Source: a virus
Virus record (IMG/VR): IMGVR_UViG_3300025138_009100
Span: 1 to 64,000 of that record
DNA length: 64,000 bases
Strand: one strand, 5' to 3'
Position 1 is the first letter of the stretch. Each line of letters starts with the position of its first letter. The translations under genes were made by a program, and so were the position numbers. Positions 40,544-49,939 of the stretch are shown in pieces. The notes below the pieces were generated by a model that made no database searches, had not been told where the DNA came from, and saw nothing but the letters and a program-made list of their open reading frames with translations.

Positions 40544-41220
40544 AAGTACCTCTCTGCTATTTCTAGTGATTCTTTTGTTGCTTCAATTGTATTGCCTATT
40601 TTTAAAGGCTGTTCATCAAGTATATCGCAGAACGTTGCATCTACTAATCCTAAGTTATGCATTTTAATAATTAAATCACACTCTAGATCATCTTTGTGAC
40701 ATTGATTTACTTTCTCAATAGCTTTAGTATTAAACGCATGTTTTCCTAGACTAGATGGGTTTAAAGAATAACCAACTAGAAAAGGCTTAATGTTTTCTGA
40801 GACAAGCTTGAAAGCAAAAGATAATCCAGTTTTCAGTAACGTCTGCTCTTTCCTAAATGGATGGTCTATGTTATGTTTTTGTAAAATTGATTGCATCAAT
40901 CCTGTATTATTGTCTAAAAAGTGGACAACTTGAGGTTTCTGATTTTTCATATAATCTAAAAATTTTATTATATGCGCTTCCGATAAACCGTATTCTTCAC
41001 AATAAATATCAAACCATTCTTGATTGCTGATTTTTTCGTTATAGAATTTGTTTATGTGAGAGTTTATAACCTGAATGCTAGAAGTTTTTTTTCCATAACC
41101 TGAATCTGGAATAAGCATATTGTGCCGTATTATAAAATCAAAACTGTCTACAAGTCTATCTAGATTTAAATTATCATACTTTCTTGATCCACAACAAATA
41201 AATGAGTTATTTCTTCCCAT
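40540..41220 (-). CDS. GT29-like sialyltransferase (divergent)
   Basis: Sialylmotif L-like FICCGS...LVDSFDFIIRHN, S-like KTGLSFAFKL...FLVGYS, VS-like HKDDLE; lies near neuA/neuB. Confidence 0.6.
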   Translation of the reverse strand: MGRNNSFICCGSRKYDNLNLDRLVDSFDFIIRHNMLIPDSGYGKKTSSIQVINSHINKFYNEKISNQEWFDIYCEEYGLSEAHIIKFLDYMKNQKPQVVHFLDNNTGLMQSILQKHNIDHPFRKEQTLLKTGLSFAFKLVSENIKPFLVGYSLNPSSLGKHAFNTKAIEKVNQCHKDDLECDLIIKMHNLGLVDATFCDILDEQPLKIGNTIEATKESLEIAERYL

Positions 41221-41229
41221 TTCGTTTTC

Positions 41230-42114
41230 CTAGTATTTATTTAATTGATTTGTAAATTTATATTTTAATTCGTTAATATTGTCTTGTATGCTTTTAGGAT
41301 GTTTGCCTTCAAACTTGTCCGTAAAACATTCGCCTCTCACATTTGGCTTGAATTCATGAACTCCCATCCACCTTTTCTCTATTTCTAATCTTTTATCGTC
41401 ATCGCCTTTCACCCAAGGTAAATAAATCTGATCATAATAATTATCAATACAAAGTTCTTTAGAGACACTATCTTTGTAATATGAAACTTTTTTGTGGACC
41501 TGATACGGAAAGACATAAGAGTAATGATACATTTGCGCTCCCGTCATATTATATAAAGTGTTGCTATCTACGTGCTTTCTTGGTATATCAGGATTATATT
41601 TCATTGTTGGCGGGCGATGTGTGAGCCAAGTAGATCCCGGCTGGTACTTAAATATTCTTAAAAAGTTATCACGATTTAATTCAAATCCAGTTAAGTAATG
41701 ATCTAATCCACCGTAAAATGAGCAGCTTCTAACACCTACACTTGTGGGTCCATACTCTTCCAAGAAAGAAATTATATTTTCTAAATCTTTTGATTTGTAA
41801 ACTTCGTCAGAATCTAGATTCCACAAATAATCTGTATCGTCATCAATAAATTTCATATACGCTTTACATTGGTCGTCTTTTTCCGAATATTGACCGTGTG
41901 TAATTTTTATTTTATTTTCTGGGTCTGGAAAACTATCTAGTATTTCATTGGTTTTGTCTGTAGAAGTTATTCTACCCTGCCTCTGCCAATAATCAACTGG
42001 CCCTTCTGCTATAAGTATCTGATGCGCAAAGGGGTATACTTGCTCTAAACACTCTTTTAAAACATAGTCGCCTTCAAATACTATCATGCCAAATGTTATT
42101 TTTAAATCAGACAA
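41230..42114 (-). CDS. GT-A (GT2-like) glycosyltransferase
   Basis: ITFGMIVFEG...LEQVYP..ILIAEG...STDKT...WNLDSDEVY...YHYSYV. Confidence 0.75.
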   Translation of the reverse strand: MSDLKITFGMIVFEGDYVLKECLEQVYPFAHQILIAEGPVDYWQRQGRITSTDKTNEILDSFPDPENKIKITHGQYSEKDDQCKAYMKFIDDDTDYLWNLDSDEVYKSKDLENIISFLEEYGPTSVGVRSCSFYGGLDHYLTGFELNRDNFLRIFKYQPGSTWLTHRPPTMKYNPDIPRKHVDSNTLYNMTGAQMYHYSYVFPYQVHKKVSYYKDSVSKELCIDNYYDQIYLPWVKGDDDKRLEIEKRWMGVHEFKPNVRGECFTDKFEGKHPKSIQDNINELKYKFTNQLNKY

Positions 42115-43006
42115 ATTTATATAGCTCCTTTTTAATAGGCTGCCAGTTTAGATTTTTCCTAAGTTTAGAAGAATTAATCGAATATCTCCAGTCTTGTCCC
42201 ATTCTATTTTCTGTAAATTCTATGTGATCGCTTGCATTATCTATACCCTTCCACTCGCAAACGTTTGTTACTATATCTAAGTTTGTCATATAGTTATATG
42301 CTGATACATTCCAAATTTCATTTTCTAGTTCAGTAAAGCAAATCTTATATATCGCATCTACGTTATCTTTGACGTAAAGCCAGTCTCTTACATAGCTTCC
42401 GTCTCCATGCAGTGGTATCTTTTGTCCTGTATCTAAGCTATGGAGTATCTTGGGGATTAGCTTCTCTGGGTATTGTCTGAGACCGTAATTATTTGTACTT
42501 CTAACAATCTGGTAATTCACGCCAAACGTTCTAGCATAAGCAAAAATAAGCATCTCTGCTGCTGCTTTCGTTGCGGAGTATGGATTACTAGGATCTAGTA
42601 TACTTTCTTCTGTTTTATCTTCTTCGTTTAGGTTTACGTCGCCGTACACTTCGTCTGTGCTTATATGAACAAACTTAGGCTTCTGATACACCTTAGCTCT
42701 AAGGAGGCTTAGAATGTTAAATACGCCCTCTACGTTTGATTTTAGAAATACCTTGGGCGCTTCTATTGAATTATCTACGTGAGACTCTGCTGCGAAGTTT
42801 ACAAACACATCGCAGACTGGTATATGTGTTAGGTCACATATGTCTTCTTTGATATGTGTATATTTTGGGTTATCATCCCAAGGTAAAGTTTTATTCGATG
42901 CGTAGGTCATCTTGTCTATATCAACGACTTCGTGACCTTCACTTAGTACCTTCTCAACAAAATGGCTGCCGATAAACCCCCTACCCCCTGTTACCACAAA
43001 GATCAT
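42107..43006 (-). CDS. rmlB: dTDP-glucose 4,6-dehydratase
   Basis: TGGRGFIGS, DKMTYA, NFAAESHVDNSI, HISTDEVYG, PSNPYSATKA, NNYGLRQYPEKLIP, GDGSYVRDWLYV. Confidence 0.92.
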   Translation of the reverse strand: MIFVVTGGRGFIGSHFVEKVLSEGHEVVDIDKMTYASNKTLPWDDNPKYTHIKEDICDLTHIPVCDVFVNFAAESHVDNSIEAPKVFLKSNVEGVFNILSLLRAKVYQKPKFVHISTDEVYGDVNLNEEDKTEESILDPSNPYSATKAAAEMLIFAYARTFGVNYQIVRSTNNYGLRQYPEKLIPKILHSLDTGQKIPLHGDGSYVRDWLYVKDNVDAIYKICFTELENEIWNVSAYNYMTNLDIVTNVCEWKGIDNASDHIEFTENRMGQDWRYSINSSKLRKNLNWQPIKKELYKFV

Positions 43007-43887
43007 TTAATACCCTCCAGATTATATTTCTTGTATGTGTTCTTTATTTGATTAAAATAATCATCGTATATAAATTTTAAATTCTCGTCTTCTTCGTATA
43101 GCTTCATTGGCGTAAAGCAGTGGTGTGTAGTAGACGGCATGTAGTTATTTTCTTCTACCGAATACTCAAACTGCGAAAAATGACTAAACACTAATTTTTC
43201 TACCTTCCCGTTCCAATTAATTGTACCGTTTTTTTGGTAGTTACTAAAATCATAAAGTTGCCATTCCCAAGGAGATCCATGCCCAACGGTTCCGTCTATG
43301 AATAAATTTTTAGGGTCAATTTCTAAAAAGGCATCTAAGTATCTCTGATCTCCGCAGGTCGCTAACTCAGGATATTTTTGATACAAAACTGCATCCTTCC
43401 ACCAAAAAAGATATTTCTTTGCTAATTCTGAATTTTTAAAATGAACAACACCGACGTTAAATCTTCCGTTTGGGTTAGGTATGTTAATCGGATATTGTCT
43501 ATGCCTAAAAATTCCAATGTCTTTTTTTTCTATTTCGTCTAATAAAATCTTTATACTTTGATGAAAATAAATATCACTATCTATATATGTAACAGTGTCT
43601 TGTATCTTGTTTACTAGAAAATTTGTAAAGTATGAAGCTAGCGACCAACAAAAATATCTATAGTCTTTATTTTTTAAATTTAAGAGCGCGGTATCATTTT
43701 CTAGAAATTGACTTATATTGTAGGGAATTATTCTTTTGTTTTCTAGGCTTTTGAGTTTTGTATATGTTTCATTGTCTGCGCACAAATAGTGCATATTAAA
43801 ATCATCGTCAAATCTTTCTAGAGAATCATATAATGTTAGCCCTCTAGACAAAAATTTAAAATCAGACCCACAGCATAAATTAATCAT
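43003..43887 (-). CDS. GT-A glycosyltransferase (GT8/GT77-like)
   Basis: TYIDSDIYF, GRFNVGVV, GDQRYLD, FSHFS; start MINLCC at 43887 (ATGA overlap). Confidence 0.75.
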   Translation of the reverse strand: MINLCCGSDFKFLSRGLTLYDSLERFDDDFNMHYLCADNETYTKLKSLENKRIIPYNISQFLENDTALLNLKNKDYRYFCWSLASYFTNFLVNKIQDTVTYIDSDIYFHQSIKILLDEIEKKDIGIFRHRQYPINIPNPNGRFNVGVVHFKNSELAKKYLFWWKDAVLYQKYPELATCGDQRYLDAFLEIDPKNLFIDGTVGHGSPWEWQLYDFSNYQKNGTINWNGKVEKLVFSHFSQFEYSVEENNYMPSTTHHCFTPMKLYEEDENLKFIYDDYFNQIKNTYKKYNLEGIK

Positions 43888-44528
43888 TTTCTTACCTTTA
43901 AATAGAGTCCATCGCCCCAAGTCCCACCGTCCTGCTGCCAGTACGTAGCGATTCTTTGAAAGTCTCTTTCAAATAAGTATTGGTCCATGTCCTCAACTAA
44001 AACACAGTTTTCGTACATTTCTTCTTTGTTTATCTCTGTTAATATCAAATCTACATGCTTTAGTGTTTCTTCTGCGCCTTTAAAAACCTCTAGCTCGTAG
44101 CCCTGAACGTCTATATTTATAAAATTATATTTTTCTCTGTCAAATTCTTCGTCGTCTAGTTTTGCTATTTTAACGGTTTCTGTTTTGTCGAATTTGATCT
44201 GTGGGTACTGCTCAAGATGATATTTTGGTTTTAGCACAGAAGATGACAATCCTCTATCCTCCAAGTGCATTTCGACGGTTCCATTTTTATTACCAAGCGC
44301 TATATTCCTAGCGTCTACAAGAAAGTCTGTTCCTATGGTTTTTTTTAGTTTTTCAAAATTGTCGGGCAACGCCTCGTAAAAAAGAAGGTTATCTATGCCG
44401 AAGTGCTTGTAAAGCGGGTATTCTTGACCTTCATGCGCTCCAATATGTATACAGCCTTCTATTATTAAATCTATACCTTGGTTTTTCATGTGACCCATCA
44501 AGCTGGGTAGCTGTTGTAATATTTCCAC
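43884..44528 (-). CDS. FkbM-family methyltransferase
   Basis: IHIGAHEGQE, SSSVLKP, NIDVQGYELEVFKG, WGDGLY. Confidence 0.88.
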   Translation of the reverse strand: MEILQQLPSLMGHMKNQGIDLIIEGCIHIGAHEGQEYPLYKHFGIDNLLFYEALPDNFEKLKKTIGTDFLVDARNIALGNKNGTVEMHLEDRGLSSSVLKPKYHLEQYPQIKFDKTETVKIAKLDDEEFDREKYNFINIDVQGYELEVFKGAEETLKHVDLILTEINKEEMYENCVLVEDMDQYLFERDFQRIATYWQQDGGTWGDGLYLKVRK

Positions 44529-44536
44529 GTTTTCTC

Positions 44537-45238
44537 CTAATCGCTTGTTATTCTTTGTTTTGGGAATCCTAATTCTTTTCTTTTATTGAAAACCATCTGA
44601 TCTCTACCGGAATAATATAAAGTTTTTTGAGTAGCATTGTCGTGCTGAAGGCTTTCCATAAGGCTATAATGCTCATGCGTAATAATCACCTTATCAATAT
44701 ACTTCTCTTTACTCAACCTCTTTACCTCTTGTGTAAATTCATCATCACAATATAAACTCTTGTAGTCGGGGTGATACACGTAACCAAAATGCTCATATAA
44801 TTTTCGACCCAGAATAGAAAAAGTAATAAGCTTCCCCTCAGTGTTCCCATCGTTGAAATGAACACACCCGTCTAGGTCTGGGAAATGTTCCTTCATGGCG
44901 ATAGCGATTTCGTTGTCCCAACTGTGAGCCTTTGGTATCATGTCGTCAGAGGCGCAAATCACGATATCAAAGTCTCTACCTTCAATGTGGTCGTTGATAG
45001 CACTGATCTTATCTGTGTCTTTATCAAAGTTTACAATACCTCTTATCCAAGATTTACGCATCAAAAGTTTAGTTATTTGGTTCTGCACATGAGAGTCTGT
45101 CATCGTCAAATCATCCGAGTCACAATTAATATTAAAAAATATCTCATGCTTCTCTCCACAGGTATCAATATACTGCTTTAGTACGTCAAGGAACTTTTGT
45201 GGTCTACTGTATGTGGGGAATTGTATTAATAACTTCAT
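44537..45238 (-). CDS. GT2-like glycosyltransferase
   Basis: FPTYSRP, KISAIND, ASDDMIP, YKSLYCDDEFT. Confidence 0.75.
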   Translation of the reverse strand: MKLLIQFPTYSRPQKFLDVLKQYIDTCGEKHEIFFNINCDSDDLTMTDSHVQNQITKLLMRKSWIRGIVNFDKDTDKISAINDHIEGRDFDIVICASDDMIPKAHSWDNEIAIAMKEHFPDLDGCVHFNDGNTEGKLITFSILGRKLYEHFGYVYHPDYKSLYCDDEFTQEVKRLSKEKYIDKVIITHEHYSLMESLQHDNATQKTLYYSGRDQMVFNKRKELGFPKQRITSD

Positions 45239-46110
45239 AATTGTTTTACCGATTCTAGTAGTGTTTTTGAAACCTCTTCTTCTCCTAGCTCTAGTGCTAG
45301 CTTCGCCGCCCTGTTAAAACAACTGTGATGTTTTTTTATCTGCTGTTTTATATTATCTATATTTGGTGTGTCTTCTTCTTCGTAAAACAGTGTTGCTAAA
45401 ACTTGATTGAAAAGTTCTTTCTGTTCTTCTGGAACTCTTACTGTCAATTTCTTTGCTTTTACAAACCCGTCAAAGAATACTTGAGAACATGTAAAGTTTA
45501 CATCGCCTACAACAACAACTTCTTCGTATTTTTCGTACAGTGAGTCCATATTAAGGACGTTAGCCTGTAAGTCAAAATTAAGATCTGGGTTATCTGCCAT
45601 TATGATTTTGTGATATGTTTTATACATAGAACACGCTTCTGTGAATTTATCGCAAACCTTGTTGGAGACGACTGCTGCTTCTATATTATAGTCTGGAGTA
45701 GGTGTTGCTATAGCAAAAATATCGTAACAAGGCAAAAGATTTACAATCTTTTTATCTGTTTTAAGATTTGATAAAAATTTATAATCTTGTGATACAAAAA
45801 AGGGACAATCTATATCCTGATTCTTAACCATTGCTTCTAGATTATTTAATATATTCTGATCTATACCAGTAATATCTACGACGAGTTTAACCTGTTTGTT
45901 CTGGGAGATATATGCAATTAAATCTTGATGCATAGTTTGAAAGCTTGTCAGTACTAAGTCTGGTTTTTCTGAGTCTAGCTTGTCGTATACACTGGTGGGT
46001 TCATTTAAATTCCAAAGCTTAGAATCTAAACCTACCCTAGAAAGGCATTCGTTTAAATACATAGGCTGACTAGAACATGAGTTTGAGTAATTCTGAATTA
46101 ATAGTTTCAT
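45235..46110 (-). CDS. Hypothetical protein, degenerate GT-B/CgeB-like
   Basis: KPDLVL Rossmann strand and C-terminal KKHHSCFNRA (like HTyxhR of CgeB-type GTs); no clear catalytic motif. Confidence 0.45.
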   Translation of the reverse strand: MKLLIQNYSNSCSSQPMYLNECLSRVGLDSKLWNLNEPTSVYDKLDSEKPDLVLTSFQTMHQDLIAYISQNKQVKLVVDITGIDQNILNNLEAMVKNQDIDCPFFVSQDYKFLSNLKTDKKIVNLLPCYDIFAIATPTPDYNIEAAVVSNKVCDKFTEACSMYKTYHKIIMADNPDLNFDLQANVLNMDSLYEKYEEVVVVGDVNFTCSQVFFDGFVKAKKLTVRVPEEQKELFNQVLATLFYEEEDTPNIDNIKQQIKKHHSCFNRAAKLALELGEEEVSKTLLESVKQL

Positions 46111-46850
46111 TTTTTAATTCTCTTTAGGGTTTTTATATCGTTTAGTTTCGTTACTTTTTGTTTTCCAACATCTGTTACTGAGACGGTATCGTTTTTCAAA
46201 AGTTCGTTAATCGCTTCAAACATAAATTTATTTTTAAAGTCTGGATCAGATACTATCGAGTAAAACCGATCAACTACATCTTGTCCGTTTAAGTATAAAG
46301 TCTCTGTCCAAAAGTCTGTTTTTTCACCCAAACAAAAAGACTGTAGCTTTTTATTGTTTACAATTGCTGAGACAAAAAATTCTGATTTAAAATTTTCTTG
46401 CTGTACGTTTATGGAGGTTCTTTTATAATTAATAGCAGCGAGGTACGAGGGTGTTAAAAGTATGTTTCCTGAGCATATTAAAATTTTTGTATTCATCGTA
46501 TTATTCAGGCATAGTCTCGCGCTTTCACAACAGTTTGAATTGTAATGTAGTTGATTTTCTACAATTCTTATATTCTCTTTCTTAAAATTAGCTTTTACGT
46601 ATTCCGTTGTTTTCTGCGCATCAAAACCAGAACATAGTATTATTTCGTACTTTGGAAACACTGCCTTTATTGCATCTATTTGCTTGTGTAGCAGTGTCTT
46701 GGTGTCTACTTTTATTAAGGGTATAGGTCCGTAGGACTTCATTCTGTGACCATGATTCTCTCCAAGTAAAATCACTGTTACAGAATCTTTTATATTATTT
46801 TCTTTGTATTCAGATTCTTTAGCTGATACAATGTATTTATCATTTCTCAT
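46107..46850 (-). CDS. Sugar-phosphate nucleotidyltransferase-like protein (degenerate motif)
   Basis: VILLGENHGHRMKSYGPIPLIKV..TLLHKQI; IRIVENQLHYNSNCCES; canonical LAAGxGxR..PK is altered. Confidence 0.6.
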   Translation of the reverse strand: MRNDKYIVSAKESEYKENNIKDSVTVILLGENHGHRMKSYGPIPLIKVDTKTLLHKQIDAIKAVFPKYEIILCSGFDAQKTTEYVKANFKKENIRIVENQLHYNSNCCESARLCLNNTMNTKILICSGNILLTPSYLAAINYKRTSINVQQENFKSEFFVSAIVNNKKLQSFCLGEKTDFWTETLYLNGQDVVDRFYSIVSDPDFKNKFMFEAINELLKNDTVSVTDVGKQKVTKLNDIKTLKRIKK

Positions 46851-47448
46851 TTAATCTCAAATAATTACTAGAGTCCGATTGATCAATCAAATATTGAGAC
46901 ATTTTATCATAGCTATTAAAGTATAAATAATTTTTTGAAACCATCCTACGGGGAATAGCCGTTACATCTCCTTGGCTAATAATCAAATCAATATTCTTTG
47001 ACGCTTCATCAACTTCGTAGGAGCGATTTCCAGTTTTAGATATTCTAGGTTTATGATAACTATCACACACTCTATTAAAAAAATCTGGTTGAATTTTTTC
47101 GTCGTGGTTCATTTTTACCAAATAATTTGCATGAGAGCAAATTGAAAAGGCGTTATGATCTACGTCCTGTTCCTTTTCTAACTGATGATTCATAAGTAAT
47201 CTAGTGTGTTTAAATTTTTCCAGTAAAACATTAGCATGGTGTACATAATTATTTAAGCTTTTTTCTGCTGATAGATATGAACATAAGATTATTTTTAATT
47301 TATCAGCAGGGTAGTTTATTTTTAATATAGACCCAATTGCTTGCTCTATTTGTGACTTCTCTTTAGAATCAAATAAAACCAATCCAAACAATAACTTTTT
47401 ATTGGACTGCGGCTCGTCTTTCTGCTGTGACTTCATAAACGACTCCAT
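46840..47448 (-). CDS. Hypothetical protein, GT-A-like fragment
   Basis: AIGSILKINYPADKLKIIL resembles a GT2 N-terminus; the DxD position reads NHD; start uncertain. Confidence 0.4.
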   Translation of the reverse strand: MESFMKSQQKDEPQSNKKLLFGLVLFDSKEKSQIEQAIGSILKINYPADKLKIILCSYLSAEKSLNNYVHHANVLLEKFKHTRLLMNHQLEKEQDVDHNAFSICSHANYLVKMNHDEKIQPDFFNRVCDSYHKPRISKTGNRSYEVDEASKNIDLIISQGDVTAIPRRMVSKNYLYFNSYDKMSQYLIDQSDSSNYLRLNEK

Positions 47449-47827
47449 TTATAGTGGAAGATTTGATAAAAAGATTTAAAGATCTAAGTAAGTCTTTTAC
47501 TGACCCTATAGTAGATAGTGATAGGTTTTTACCAATTAATAAAGATGCATCTTCTTCTTTAATGATTCCGTTAATAACATTTTTGAAAAAACATCTTAAC
47601 TCAACGCCAGATACCACAATAGAACCACCGGATCTTAGCTTACTGCAAATTTTAACCAATGATTCTTGCGAACTTGAAGTAGAGTCCAAAGTATTCTTGC
47701 TTATAATTAATTCGCACGAATTATTTGGTATATGGTCTAAGTTTAAACTTGAGTTTTGCTGGTTAACGATAACTGTTTCAAATCCATCAATTTTTTGTGA
47801 CTCGTCTTCTATTATTTGTAGTTTCAT
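47399..47827 (-). CDS. Truncated methyltransferase-fold protein
   Basis: LDHIPNNSCELIISKNTLD...KLRSGGSIVV present; SAM motif I absent. Confidence 0.5.
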   Translation of the reverse strand: MKLQIIEDESQKIDGFETVIVNQQNSSLNLDHIPNNSCELIISKNTLDSTSSSQESLVKICSKLRSGGSIVVSGVELRCFFKNVINGIIKEEDASLLIGKNLSLSTIGSVKDLLRSLNLFIKSSTINGVVYEVTAERRAAVQ

Positions 47828-48810
47828 TTTTTCATCCTATATGCGAGGTCAAATGTTTCATTCCAATTATTTATAAATGACTGCTCAGAAAATTTTTCTA
47901 GTATTGTTTCTCTGGCGCAGCTTCCTAGTTTTTTAGCAAGTTTGGAGTCTTCTAGCAACTGTTGAGTATATTCTCTTAGTTCATCTTCATCGTTTGAAAT
48001 AAAGCCGTTAACACCATTCTCAATGATTTCTGGGATCATACAAGTTGCGGTACTAACAATCGCACAGCCGCATGACATGGCTTCTAAGAGAGATGTAGGA
48101 ACAGGACTAATAGTAGACGTATTTAGAAAGACAGACGCTTGCTGATACTCTGAGGCCAGTTCATGTATATCTTTTGCTGGCTCTGACAATCCGGGAGTAT
48201 TACCCACAAGTCTTACCGGCAACTCGTTTGTAACTCTTTGCCAACCAGAATAGTTACAGCAGTAGTCTCTGTTTGCAAAATCATTAACAACACTAAGAAC
48301 TTTTCCGTTTTTCTTTACGTCCGATGAAGTAAAAAGCTCTGTGTCAACTGAGTGGTGAATTACTTTGTTGTCACAATTTATATTCCACTCATTAACAGAA
48401 TATTCCGAGATAAAAACATTAATATCTCCTCTCATCTGCCTAAACGCCTCTGTTTGTTGTTCAGGCCAACTAGGAATGGGCAGTGTGTGTTCTAGAGAAA
48501 GGACTGGTAAACCAAGGGTTTGATTTATTCTTTGAGCCATTTGAAATTGACCAAACTTGCTATGAGAAAGTATGAAGTCAAAGTCAATACTTGTCATTAT
48601 GGAATTTTTGGGCATACTATAGTAATTTTCTGGTCTTTCTGAATAGGTTGTATCCCATTCTTTTCCTCCTTCGTAATTAAACGCAAAGAAGTTATGACCA
48701 GTTTTAGCTTGCTGAAACTGGTATCGTTCGTGTGTGTCAAAAGTTAGTATATTGTATTTATCTTTCTTTTGTGTAGCGGTGCTTATTATAGACGCTGTTT
48801 GACTACTCAT
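47824..48810 (-). CDS. GT4 glycosyltransferase
   Basis: HSVDTELF, VFLNTS..SPVPTSLLEAMSCGCAIVST, EIIENGVNGF. Confidence 0.88.
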   Translation of the reverse strand: MSSQTASIISTATQKKDKYNILTFDTHERYQFQQAKTGHNFFAFNYEGGKEWDTTYSERPENYYSMPKNSIMTSIDFDFILSHSKFGQFQMAQRINQTLGLPVLSLEHTLPIPSWPEQQTEAFRQMRGDINVFISEYSVNEWNINCDNKVIHHSVDTELFTSSDVKKNGKVLSVVNDFANRDYCCNYSGWQRVTNELPVRLVGNTPGLSEPAKDIHELASEYQQASVFLNTSTISPVPTSLLEAMSCGCAIVSTATCMIPEIIENGVNGFISNDEDELREYTQQLLEDSKLAKKLGSCARETILEKFSEQSFINNWNETFDLAYRMKK

Positions 48811-49939
48811 TTATAATCTCCTTCATGCATTTTCCAATGTTCTCGTAAGAGTAGTTCTCTGCTCTTTTTAGTCCTGCTGCTTGATTTCTACTTTTATACA
48901 TTATGGGATTATTTTTCCACGACTCAAAATACTTTCTCATTTGCTCTCGTATGTTTCTTTCACAGGGTTGGAACCAGTACTCTCTACCTGTAAATATATC
49001 TGGAAAGGCAGCGTCTGAGCATTTGCATACAGAAAAAACACCCCTAGCTAGGTGTCCTGTTCTCCAGCTAGACTTGTCGATAAATTCCTTTGGTCCACCA
49101 AAGTCGCTACAGATCGGGGTATTCCCAAAGCACATTGCGTCAAACGATGGTATTGACCAAGCTTCTCCGTGGCTTGGGCAGATAAAACAATCCATATGTT
49201 TATGAATTGCGAATATATCTTCGTCAGAAACTTCGTCAGAAATAATTACAAGCTTCTTATACTCAGTAATATTGTCGTGCATTCTTAAAGAAGTCTTTAC
49301 TTTTGAAGCTATAGCATCTACAAGTTTTGATGTCTGTTCTGGAGAATGTCCAAACTTTTTAACTTTTAAAATTAGATTTGCTTGCTCTGACTTGTCAAAC
49401 TCACTGTAAAAACAAGTTATTATAGACTCTATGTTTTTTCTATCGTTTACGTCTCCGATATAATAAAACTTAAAAGAATTCTCTGTATCTGGAATGCTAA
49501 TATCTCTATACTGTTTCTTATATTTTTCCATTTTACATGTGTGCGGGACCACTTTTACAGATTCTATCCCCCCATCAACTAGGGTTTGTCGTGAGTCAAT
49601 ATTAGCAACCCAAACTTGATCAACCTGTTTAAGATGTTCCACCCAAGGTAAATGTTTAATACTTAAAGTTTCTGTTTCCATGAAGGCGATATTCTTCTTA
49701 AAACTATCAGACCCGACCAAGTGATGAGGTAGAACGTGTTGAATACAAATATCGCAATCTTCTGTAGTCTTTTTTTCTATCTCTAACAACCTTGGATCTA
49801 TATTTTGCTTATCCTGCGTCAGTGTGACGTTTCTGCAAACAACATCTACACCAACCTTGTCGAGCGCTAAGATATTGTCCGTGGCAGCTTGCGCCCAGCC
49901 ACCAAATTCTTTGTAGTGTCCTATGTATAGTACTTTCAT
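48803..49939 (-). CDS. GT4 glycosyltransferase
   Basis: METET, RKNIE, DCFICPSHGEAWSIPSFDAMCFG; start MKVLYIG at 49939 (ATGA overlap). Confidence 0.85.
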   Translation of the reverse strand: MKVLYIGHYKEFGGWAQAATDNILALDKVGVDVVCRNVTLTQDKQNIDPRLLEIEKKTTEDCDICIQHVLPHHLVGSDSFKKNIAFMETETLSIKHLPWVEHLKQVDQVWVANIDSRQTLVDGGIESVKVVPHTCKMEKYKKQYRDISIPDTENSFKFYYIGDVNDRKNIESIITCFYSEFDKSEQANLILKVKKFGHSPEQTSKLVDAIASKVKTSLRMHDNITEYKKLVIISDEVSDEDIFAIHKHMDCFICPSHGEAWSIPSFDAMCFGNTPICSDFGGPKEFIDKSSWRTGHLARGVFSVCKCSDAAFPDIFTGREYWFQPCERNIREQMRKYFESWKNNPIMYKSRNQAAGLKRAENYSYENIGKCMKEIINE

